64,000 bases of DNA from a virus. This document shows positions 56,111-63,615 of this stretch, in pieces. The translations under genes were made by a program, and so were the position numbers. Where the stretch lies: IMG/VR virus record IMGVR_UViG_3300037826_000038, positions 4,766 to 68,765 of that record, one strand, 5' to 3'. The first letter of the stretch is position 1, and each line of letters opens with the position of its first letter. Under the pieces are notes generated by a model. That model was not told the origin of the DNA. It saw only the letters and a program-made list of their open reading frames with translations, and did not search any database.

Positions 56111-56575
56111 ATGATGCGACCTATTAAGGAGAAGAAACTTGTTGTCGTCGTGGGACCACCCGGTAGCGGGAAAACCACAATTCTTGACGATTATCCGGGA
56201 TACGTTCGCTTCGACAACGACAGGATCATCGAGGCACTATGGGGGGAGTTGAAGTATCATCCCCGTATCAAGAGAATGGCCAAGGGGATGGTGCGTGAGG
56301 GCATGCGCAGAGCGATGGAGTACGGGATCGCGATGGCGACCCCTATCAGCGGGCGAACAAAACAAGATCGTGCGAAAATCGTCAAACCAATCCGGTCGGC
56401 AGGCTATGAGGTTACCATGGTGCGAGCGACGACACCGGCGGACGAGTGTCTTGCGCGATGCAAAGCGGATGAAAATAGACCGAAAACCACAAATTGGGAA
56501 CCGATCATTGACCGGTGGTTCCGTGTCTTCGAACCTGTTGAGGCTGATGAGTGCGATACCTACATTGAGGTCTAG
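56111..56575 (+). CDS. P-loop kinase (AAA_33 / polynucleotide-kinase-like)
   Basis: VVGPPGSGKTT, R...R lid (CLARCKAD..R). Confidence 0.8.
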   Translation: MMRPIKEKKLVVVVGPPGSGKTTILDDYPGYVRFDNDRIIEALWGELKYHPRIKRMAKGMVREGMRRAMEYGIAMATPISGRTKQDRAKIVKPIRSAGYEVTMVRATTPADECLARCKADENRPKTTNWEPIIDRWFRVFEPVEADECDTYIEV

Positions 56576-56684
56576 TAGATAGGGAAGTCTCCCATCCCCT
56601 AACAAACACTTAACAGACCAAAAAGGAGGCACCATGCCGAAAGCAAACGAGCTCGCCCAGCACCTGCCCGTCCTTACACCCACT

Positions 56685-56737
56685 AACCGGAACCTGTTAA
56701 ACGCAGGTTCCGGTTTTTGGTTTATGTACGTAAACCA
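56685..56737 (+). promoter_or_regulatory. Terminator/promoter motif (copy 7)
   Basis: AACCGGAACCTG-ttaaacg-CAGGTTCCGGTT-TTT; TTAAAC 56697-702, GGTTTAT from 56719. Confidence 0.8.
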
Positions 56738-56753
56738 TACACCGGGAGGTAAC

Positions 56754-57392
56754 ATGCAGACGTTTCTACCGTACGAGGATTTCGAGCAGAGCGCACGAGT
56801 GCTTGACAACAGACGCCTAGGCAAACAGATCACCGAGGTCGATCAGATTCTTGACCGTCTGGAAAGCCCCAGTATGCCCCACGCTTGGCGCAACCACCCC
56901 ACGGTCAAGATGTGGGTTGGACACGCCGGCACACTGGTTGACTACGGGATCGAGATGTATGCTGAATGGCAGGACCGGCTATCCAAGGGGGAACGGGGTG
57001 GGGTGATGGAACACAAGTCTGGCGAACATATCCTTGACCAACACCTTACCTACTGGGACGGTTGCCAGTACAGAAACCCGCCGTGGCTGGGGGACCCCGC
57101 GTTCCACAAAGCCCACCGAGGGGCGCTTCTGTGGAAGGGATTGATGGACAAGACCTACGGACGGCTCAAGGAGAAGCTCCCCCAGGGAACCACCGCCGCG
57201 CAATGGCTTAGGGACCACGGCTACAACAAAAAGCACCGCTGGACCGAGGTCGATTACAACCGGGCGTGCCGGTACATTGGAACCACGGTCACGCTTGGGA
57301 TGACGTACTATGGGCTTGTGTTTGCCGACTGGGACAGCATGCTGGTTGCGGACGACAGTGGCAGCCTCCCGTATGTCTGGCCGGTGTCCTAA
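56754..57392 (+). CDS. Pyrimidine-dimer glycosylase/DenV-like (MSMEG_6728-type) protein
   Basis: MQTFLPYEDF..SARVLD.RRLGKQ, WRNHPTVKMW.GH, PPWLG..FH..HR..LL.K, LPYVWP. Confidence 0.85.
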   Translation: MQTFLPYEDFEQSARVLDNRRLGKQITEVDQILDRLESPSMPHAWRNHPTVKMWVGHAGTLVDYGIEMYAEWQDRLSKGERGGVMEHKSGEHILDQHLTYWDGCQYRNPPWLGDPAFHKAHRGALLWKGLMDKTYGRLKEKLPQGTTAAQWLRDHGYNKKHRWTEVDYNRACRYIGTTVTLGMTYYGLVFADWDSMLVADDSGSLPYVWPVS

Positions 57393-57424
57393 TAGTTTGT
57401 ATACCTAACAGAAAGGATAGAACA

Positions 57425-58006
57425 ATGGCAGCTCCGACGGTTCAAGAAGTGCGAGCACATCACGAGCAGTACCCACTTGTCGATAACGATGGCTTTGATT
57501 GCGGTTGTGTATGGCTCGCCACTGACACCCGCCGAGGTATCCCCGCACTGGTGAGGCTCAAAGTCGATGAGGGACAGGTCGCGCTCCACAACGGTCTGTC
57601 GTTTTGGCAGCCCTTGAATGAGTTAGTCTGGGTAGAGCATACTGTCTTTATGCCCTGCACCCCAGAGGGACGCCCGTTGTACCTAATGGAAGAGAATCTA
57701 ATCCTGCGCGAGAAATACGAGGGATTAGCGCGCAAGACCGAGGGGTTGGTGAACGAGAAAGTCAACCTCCAACACCAGCTACGGGTGCAGGGTGATGTAT
57801 TACTGGATGCAACCCCACGCACACAGCCACAGAGGTTTGTTGAGCTTTCACATGGTGATTTTATTAACCTTTCGGCGGTGGCTTATGTTAATGTTTGGGG
57901 TGAAGACGCTTTGACAATCTACTGGAACCATGGACCGGGCGACGAGATAGACTGTGATTTCGTTGGTAACGATGCTACGAAAATCTTAGAAGCCCTGCGG
58001 GTTTGA
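57425..58006 (+). CDS. Hypothetical protein
   Basis: AAGGA RBS; internal coiled coil. Confidence 0.6.
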   Translation: MAAPTVQEVRAHHEQYPLVDNDGFDCGCVWLATDTRRGIPALVRLKVDEGQVALHNGLSFWQPLNELVWVEHTVFMPCTPEGRPLYLMEENLILREKYEGLARKTEGLVNEKVNLQHQLRVQGDVLLDATPRTQPQRFVELSHGDFINLSAVAYVNVWGEDALTIYWNHGPGDEIDCDFVGNDATKILEALRV

Positions 58007-58225
58007 CACCGTGTCCTTTTAATGGTACAATGAGATCACAGTGACGGAGGGGTGGCGCCCTCGGAGTTGAGGTCACATCCGGCAAACGGGAAGAGGCAAA
58101 GGGGTATGATATGACGCAGTTAGCAGACAAGCGGTTTGTTGTAGGGCGTTCTCCTATTCCCGGGGAACATGCCACGTTCCTCCTTTTGCAGGAGGGCGCT
58201 CTACAACAAATCGCTTTTTTGTTTT
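58003..58225 (+). promoter_or_regulatory. Sigma70 promoter plus structured attenuator leader (C4-antisense-like) upstream of replication genes
   Basis: TTGACA 58003-08, 17 bp, TACAAT 58026-31; loop GTGGC 58052-56 complementary to loop GCCAC 58171-75; 27-bp stem 58129-58216 plus U-tract. Confidence 0.7.
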
Positions 58226-58236
58226 AGGAGGTTGAC

Positions 58237-58608
58237 TTGACAAACAAATCGTATTGGCAGAAGTTTGGTAGAAAGGTGGCTCTGATTGGCGGGGGAATGA
58301 AATGTTATTATTGTGAAGCTAGAGTTCTCAGAGGTGATACCGTTCACCAAATGATTACCCATCTTCACATCATTCGAGACCTCGGTATGATTCCCCACAT
58401 AATATGCAAAGAACTAGAGAGGTCCTTGAGAATGCGTATAGCAACGATTGATCACGTTATACCTATAAGCAAAGGAGGTTCAGAAACCGATTTGGATAAC
58501 ATGGTTGTGGCTTGTCATAGGTGTAATACCTGGAAAGGATCAGCTGATTGGAGTAGGTTTATAAACAAGAAGGGTAGTATGAAAGGACATGACCATGGCG
58601 ATCTATAA
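58237..58608 (+). CDS. HNH endonuclease
   Basis: CYYC, TIDHVIPISKGG, NMVVACHRCN; AT-rich. Confidence 0.9.
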   Translation: MTNKSYWQKFGRKVALIGGGMKCYYCEARVLRGDTVHQMITHLHIIRDLGMIPHIICKELERSLRMRIATIDHVIPISKGGSETDLDNMVVACHRCNTWKGSADWSRFINKKGSMKGHDHGDL

Positions 58609-59578
58609 GAACCGAGTCACCCGCGAATTTGCTCAGATACGTAACGATCTACTAGCCGACCCCAGTTTGTCCTTCAAGGCCAAGGGAATCCTGTCTTACC
58701 TGCTCAGTCGTCCCCCAACCTGGGAAGCGTGTATATCTGACATCGTGAACCGAGCCACCGATGGCATTCACGCAGTGCGGTCAGGGTTGGACGAGCTGGA
58801 GGAGCAGGGATTCATTATTCGCTCCCAACTGCGTGATGATGAAGGCCGTTTCTCGGGATTCCAGTTTGACGTGTACGACGCCCCACAACCCCAGGACAAC
58901 CGCACAACCCCGCAGGACAGAACCCGGACCGTTTTAAGGAAACCTGATAACGGGAAACCCGTTAACGGGGATTCACACCCTAATAATACTGACTCTACTA
59001 ATACTGATTCTACTAACACTAAAAGAACAGGGGCTTCGCCCGGCATTTCTCCCGGCGAGGGCTTAGCTCCCCAAGACGACACCCCCATCCAAGCCAGCGA
59101 CATGCTCACCCAGGAGGGACGGGACCGCATTTTGGAGAACCACTGGGGCAAGTGGGGACAGACCGACGAGGGAGACCCACTCGACCAAGCCTACCTTGAT
59201 CTCCTAGATCGGTGTGACACATTAGCCAGCTACAATCCCCCCATCGAGATTGACCGGGTTGCGGTGCTGCGGTTCATCCACGCGATGATCGAGACTGCTG
59301 GGGTGCCGCTGGATTACGCCAACAAGAGCGAGGTCCGGTTCTGGATCGACCAGACCCAGGGGTTATTGCGCAAAGCCGACTGGGACCTCAACCTAGCCAA
59401 AGCCGCTTTGCGTAAGGCGTTGATGGATGGGTTGAGCATCAAAGGCCCTCAGAGCGTTCACTACGCCGTGGCGGACGTGAAGCGCAAAGCCAAGCAGCGC
59501 GAAAACGGACCGGTGTCTGGTGGGGATGGGGGACGGGTAACACGCATTCACAAGATCGGTGGGAGGAGGAGAGAGTAA
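58589..59578 (+). CDS. Phage replication initiator (N-terminal wHTH)
   Basis: FAQIRN..DPSLSFKAKGIL.YLLS, GLDELEEQGFI; low-complexity linker; upstream of DnaB. Confidence 0.85.
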   Translation: MTMAIYKNRVTREFAQIRNDLLADPSLSFKAKGILSYLLSRPPTWEACISDIVNRATDGIHAVRSGLDELEEQGFIIRSQLRDDEGRFSGFQFDVYDAPQPQDNRTTPQDRTRTVLRKPDNGKPVNGDSHPNNTDSTNTDSTNTKRTGASPGISPGEGLAPQDDTPIQASDMLTQEGRDRILENHWGKWGQTDEGDPLDQAYLDLLDRCDTLASYNPPIEIDRVAVLRFIHAMIETAGVPLDYANKSEVRFWIDQTQGLLRKADWDLNLAKAALRKALMDGLSIKGPQSVHYAVADVKRKAKQRENGPVSGGDGGRVTRIHKIGGRRRE

Positions 59579-59808
59579 TGAGCTATTGCCGATTTGGAGA
59601 TAGTGACGCCTATCTATTCTACAGTAAGACCAGTGGTCAATATGAGTGCTGTGATTGTAGCTTACGTGAGGAACGTTGGGCATTGATGGACACGCCCCAG
59701 GAGGCACTAGACCATCTGCTAGAGCACAGACAGGCGGGCGACACCATTGATCAAGATGGGATCGACCGTCTGACAGACGAAGTGGAGGGACGCCGTGAGC
59801 AGCAATGA
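59578..59808 (+). CDS. Small Cys/His protein
   Basis: MSYCRF, ECCDCSL, HLLEH; coupled overlaps. Confidence 0.65.
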   Translation: MSYCRFGDSDAYLFYSKTSGQYECCDCSLREERWALMDTPQEALDHLLEHRQAGDTIDQDGIDRLTDEVEGRREQQ

Positions 59809-61168
59809 CCACCTACCCAACTCAGAACGTGCTGAGAAAACGGCCCTGAGCATTGCCCTGTCGGACCCAGTGGTTGCCATGCCGGAACTGGTGAAACTGG
59901 ACCCGATGGACTTCTACAATGCAGACCACCGCACGCTATTCAGGGTGATGAGTGATGTATGGGGAGAAACCGACGACGTTGACGCCGTGACCATTCTAGA
60001 GCGTCTGGACAACCGGGGACACGACAGGCTTACCCGCAGCCTCAATACCTACATGACGTTTCACCCGTTTGGTCATATCGACCAATACCTTGAGATCATA
60101 AAGGATAGAGCAGCCAGACGGCGGATCATCGAGGGGATGGGGTCGCTGGCGCAGAATCTGCACGACACGGAAACTCCCTTGGGGCAGGTGATCGACGAGG
60201 GCGTGCAGGTATTCGAGCAACAAGCCCCGGTGCCGGAACGCGAATACCAGGCAGAGGACGGAGCACGAGCCGTCCTTGCCAAGGCCCACGAGTATTACTC
60301 TAACCCCTTGAGTTATGGGGAGACACGAGGCATCAACACCGGGTGGACCGACCTCAACGTTGCCCTCGGTGGGTGGAAACGCGGGTACGTCTACTATGTG
60401 CTAGGGATGCAGCACAGCGGCAAGACGTGGTTCTGCCTGAACGCCGCGATGAACATCTGTGAACGCGGGGGATCCGCTGCGGTGTTTTCGATGGAAATGA
60501 ACGCCGACACCGACGACGATCCGCAGAAGGTGACACTGTGGGAGCGGGTTGTGCTGGCCCAGGCACAGATTGATTACAGGACCTATCAGTCCGGGCACTT
60601 GAGCGACGACCAGTACAACCGGCTACTGGCAGCCGGGGACGAGGTCGCCACCTGGGACCTCACCATGTACGATGACGTTCGTACCTTGGCGGGGATGGAG
60701 TCGGCGGTACGCAGGTTACAGCGGGACCGCAGGCTAGACCTTGCCGTGGCTGACTACCTGGGACTGATCGAGCAATACCGGGATTACAGGAGCCGAAATG
60801 AGGAGATTGGCGGATTGACCAGTGGGCTAAACCGGCTGGGACACCGCACGCAGGTTCCGTGGCTGGTGCCCCATCAGGTGTCGGACAAAGCCATTGCGTC
60901 CCGGAACAACAAACGCATCCAAGCCAGCGATGGCTATGAGAGCGGACACCTCAGCAAAGACGCGGCGGTGATCCTCGGTATCTACCGGGAGGACCTATGG
61001 AACCCCGATGCGGTGCCGGGACTGTACGAGATCGACGTGCTGAAGGACCGGATCGGGGGAGCCGGGGGCGCGAGCGTGGACCTGCTGTTCACCCCCCACG
61101 GACGCATACGCACCTATACAACCACACAAGCCCCCGAACCGGCGTTGGTTGGGGATTGGTACGATTAA
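59795..61168 (+). CDS. dnaB: Replicative DNA helicase
   Basis: LPNSERAE, DFY..H, GINTGWTDLN, HSGKT, FSMEM, DYLGL, ESG. Confidence 0.93.
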   Translation: MSSNDHLPNSERAEKTALSIALSDPVVAMPELVKLDPMDFYNADHRTLFRVMSDVWGETDDVDAVTILERLDNRGHDRLTRSLNTYMTFHPFGHIDQYLEIIKDRAARRRIIEGMGSLAQNLHDTETPLGQVIDEGVQVFEQQAPVPEREYQAEDGARAVLAKAHEYYSNPLSYGETRGINTGWTDLNVALGGWKRGYVYYVLGMQHSGKTWFCLNAAMNICERGGSAAVFSMEMNADTDDDPQKVTLWERVVLAQAQIDYRTYQSGHLSDDQYNRLLAAGDEVATWDLTMYDDVRTLAGMESAVRRLQRDRRLDLAVADYLGLIEQYRDYRSRNEEIGGLTSGLNRLGHRTQVPWLVPHQVSDKAIASRNNKRIQASDGYESGHLSKDAAVILGIYREDLWNPDAVPGLYEIDVLKDRIGGAGGASVDLLFTPHGRIRTYTTTQAPEPALVGDWYD

Positions 61169-61198
61169 CTTAGACATATAGATAAATGGAGGTACTCG

Positions 61199-61648
61199 GT
61201 GAGCTCTTACGATGCAGATCATATCGAGGTTTATGACGACGAATTGGTCTACGTGTGGTTCAATGAGAATCGAGAGAAGTTGGACATTCAGGGAAAGACT
61301 CTCATCCTAGAGATTAACTCTTTCGAGGGGGCTTGGTTCAGCGAAGGGCATGCTTATGCAAAACTCAGGGCCGAAAACGGAAACGGATTTGATCAAATAA
61401 CACTAGGCTGGCGCATTACGAAAGCCGCTATGAAATCGCAGCCTCAATCATGGAATAGATACAAGCCCGGAGATTGGTCGAGCAGATTTTTATCCGCCGA
61501 ACAGGCGAAACACGCTGCGCTGAAGTGGTTTGAGGACACTTTTCATAACGGGAGCGGGTGGAGACTTATCGAGTATGTTTGGCAAGAGGTTGAGGACGCT
61601 AACGAGACATACATGGATCGGGTTGAAAAAGAACTAGCTACCCGATAA
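61199..61648 (+). CDS. Hypothetical protein
   Basis: GGAGGT RBS. Confidence 0.65.
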   Translation: MSSYDADHIEVYDDELVYVWFNENREKLDIQGKTLILEINSFEGAWFSEGHAYAKLRAENGNGFDQITLGWRITKAAMKSQPQSWNRYKPGDWSSRFLSAEQAKHAALKWFEDTFHNGSGWRLIEYVWQEVEDANETYMDRVEKELATR

Positions 61649-61657
61649 GGGTTCTAC

Positions 61658-61719
61658 TAGGGCAATCTCCACCCAGTCAGCATTTGCCCCTTGACTTTAT
61701 AACGTTTTACCCTTATAAT
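61658..61719 (+). promoter_or_regulatory. Early promoter cassette copy driving the sigma factor gene
   Basis: gggcaat..tttgccccTTGACT 61691-96, 17 bp, TATAAT 61714-19. Confidence 0.85.
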
Positions 61720-61761
61720 TGAATTGTAGGGTTAAGGGACACAAACAACCGGGAGGAAACG

Positions 61762-62292
61762 ATGGAATACCTAGAGAACCAAGAGGTCGTTTACGGGATA
61801 CAGGAGGCCGGGATATGGTCAAAAGTCCACAAACTAGTCAAAGCGTGTGGGGGAGAGGTCGAGGACCACTTTCAGGAGATCGTCGCACAGGCAATTGAGG
61901 TTGTAGCCGACGATCCCACCTTGCTTGACCAGGAGCCGGGCTACCTGCTCCAACGGGCCATGTGGGAGGCCCAAAAACATTACCGACAGATCAACCACAC
62001 CTACATGAAACAGGCTCATAACTACCAGACGCTCAGCATGGACCGGGAGAGTGGCACCGGGAGCACCTTACACCAGATGTTATCCGACACCCCGAACCTC
62101 GACGACGCCATTGATCGGGCGTGGCTGGCAGACCGGGTACGCAGCGAGGCCCAACGGTTCGAGCAGGGTGTGGAGATGGTTGACCTTTTGAGCCAGGGTT
62201 GGTCTTACGCGGAGATCGCGGAGACCCTGGACATCTCCAAGGGGACGATTAGCTACCGGGTCCGCAAAATCCGGGAAGCCATCGCCGGGTAG
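61762..62292 (+). CDS. ECF-like RNA polymerase sigma factor
   Basis: 176 aa; EDHFQE region-2-like motif, LSMD linker, GWSYAEIAETLDISKGTISYR region 4 HTH. Confidence 0.8.
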   Translation: MEYLENQEVVYGIQEAGIWSKVHKLVKACGGEVEDHFQEIVAQAIEVVADDPTLLDQEPGYLLQRAMWEAQKHYRQINHTYMKQAHNYQTLSMDRESGTGSTLHQMLSDTPNLDDAIDRAWLADRVRSEAQRFEQGVEMVDLLSQGWSYAEIAETLDISKGTISYRVRKIREAIAG

Positions 62293-62304
62293 TTAGCCCC
62301 ACTG

Positions 62305-62346
62305 GCCGGGGTGGATTAAACGAACACCCCGGCTTTTGGTTTATGT
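62305..62346 (+). promoter_or_regulatory. Terminator/promoter motif (copy 8)
   Basis: GCCGGGGTG..ttaaacg..CACCCCGGC-TTTT; TTAAAC 62316-21, GGTTTAT from 62338. Confidence 0.75.
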
Positions 62347-62349
62347 AGA

Positions 62350-62713
62350 TGTACAACACAGGACATTAACAAGCAGACAGTGACAGGGCCAAGCCAGAAC
62401 GTCCCGGCAGGAGTAACGAAACCTGCCCAATCACCAACCTAAACAAATAGCGTGTGGCTGAGGGACACCACGTTAAACGATGCGTCTGCTTCTAACGTGC
62501 TGAACCTCCACGTTAGTCGACACAATCGACCCTGACGGGACGCTGAGGGCTGGCAACTAAAGGAACGGGACCGACCCGTATATGGATCAGTCAGTTGCGC
62601 AAAGCTAATAGGGTGTTGGTTCAGTCCCGTTCCTTTGCCCCGAATGTTCCTCCCGGGCATTCGAGGCAGACCCTCTAGAGCCGGGGGCGGTGTCACAGCC
62701 GCCCTCGGTTTTT
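62350..62713 (+). ncRNA. Putative ~350-nt structured non-coding RNA
   Basis: Own promoter motif and terminator (62681-62713); no credible ORF; multiple long helices and a potential pseudoknot. Confidence 0.6.
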
Positions 62714-62716
62714 GTG

Positions 62717-62756
62717 TTAAACGAAACCTCGATAATTCGGTTTATATATGTAAACC
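62717..62756 (+). promoter_or_regulatory. Promoter motif (copy 9)
   Basis: TTAAAC 62717-22, GGTTTAT from 62739. Confidence 0.75.
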
Positions 62757-62776
62757 TATAAGACCGGGAGGTAACG

Positions 62777-63217
62777 ATGCCGACACGAGCTGGCGTAATT
62801 GAAGGGAATCAGGAAGAAAGCCGGACGAATGACTGGTGGGCTGATGAGTCGGCCCAGGGTGAGTTAAACGATGTCGCCAAGGAACTGGGGATGACAAGCG
62901 CCGACATCTGTGAGGCGCTGGACGTGAACAAGGTGCGGTTCTTTCAAGGTTCTCCCCTGGACGCCAAGCGCCGGATGCGCGACTATGCGCGCCGCCGCCG
63001 ACACACTCTGATCGACCGGTTGGAGACCCCCCAACCGGAACACACCGAAGCCAAAACCATCGCGTGGACGTATATGCGCGCCCCCAACGGGGCCAAGATC
63101 AACATCACCGCCAGGGAGGGCAGCACCGCCGAAGCGATAGCGGCCACGGTTCTCAACCTCGCAGAAGCGATGGATATGTTGAAAGAGCAAGCTGGATTTA
63201 AGATCGAGGTTTGGTAG
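62777..63217 (+). CDS. Hypothetical protein
   Basis: ACCGGGAGG RBS after the promoter motif. Confidence 0.7.
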   Translation: MPTRAGVIEGNQEESRTNDWWADESAQGELNDVAKELGMTSADICEALDVNKVRFFQGSPLDAKRRMRDYARRRRHTLIDRLETPQPEHTEAKTIAWTYMRAPNGAKINITAREGSTAEAIAATVLNLAEAMDMLKEQAGFKIEVW

Positions 63218-63231
63218 AAAGGAGCTTTGTG

Positions 63232-63615
63232 ATGGATAAGGACCAAGAACCCCTGATTGATCGACTAGCACGTGTGACGGAACCAACTGGGTTCAGACTC
63301 AAGGATCCGGTGATTGTAGAGGTTGGACCGTGTGATGGACAAGCCGCCCGGTTCATTCGGGACCGTATTATGGGCAGAGACCTGAGATTTATTGATGCCG
63401 AAGTTGTCATATTTACAGAACTGTTCAAGCATTGGCGCGATATGCTAGCCACCGTAGACGAGGCCGATGACATTCCGTGGGAAGATGTGCTCCATAGCGA
63501 CCGGGTCAATGAGCTGCTTTCGGCGTGGTGGTGGTTAGTGTTTTTCATATATACGCGGGCAGGGGAGAGAGACATCCAGGATAAAGACCCAACGGGAGAA
63601 GGAGACCTATTATGA
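63232..63615 (+). CDS. Hypothetical protein
   Basis: AAGGAG RBS; ATGA overlap with the next gene. Confidence 0.6.
   Translation: MDKDQEPLIDRLARVTEPTGFRLKDPVIVEVGPCDGQAARFIRDRIMGRDLRFIDAEVVIFTELFKHWRDMLATVDEADDIPWEDVLHSDRVNELLSAWWWLVFFIYTRAGERDIQDKDPTGEGDLL

Noticed and set aside
55025-56575. PP-loop protein plus kinase as a CysD/CysC pair supplying PAPS to the sulfotransferases
   Set aside because: The PP-loop protein has IbrA-type motifs and an IbrB-like neighbour, and the kinase lacks recognisable APS-kinase motifs; cannot be fully excluded without HMM searches
58975-59025. 15-bp tandem repeat (NTDST) in the initiator as origin iterons
   Set aside because: Typical low-complexity linker of phage initiators; an origin here is plausible but not supportable from this alone
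62678-62713. Group II intron domain V look-alike (GAGCCG..CGGTT)
   Set aside because: Lacks the bulge geometry and downstream domain VI; followed by a U-tract, so better explained as a terminator
62350-62713. tRNA, tmRNA, SRP or RNase P identity for the structured region
   Set aside because: No cloverleaf with TTC loop and CCA end, no tmRNA termini, and no SRP or RNase P conserved motifs recognised
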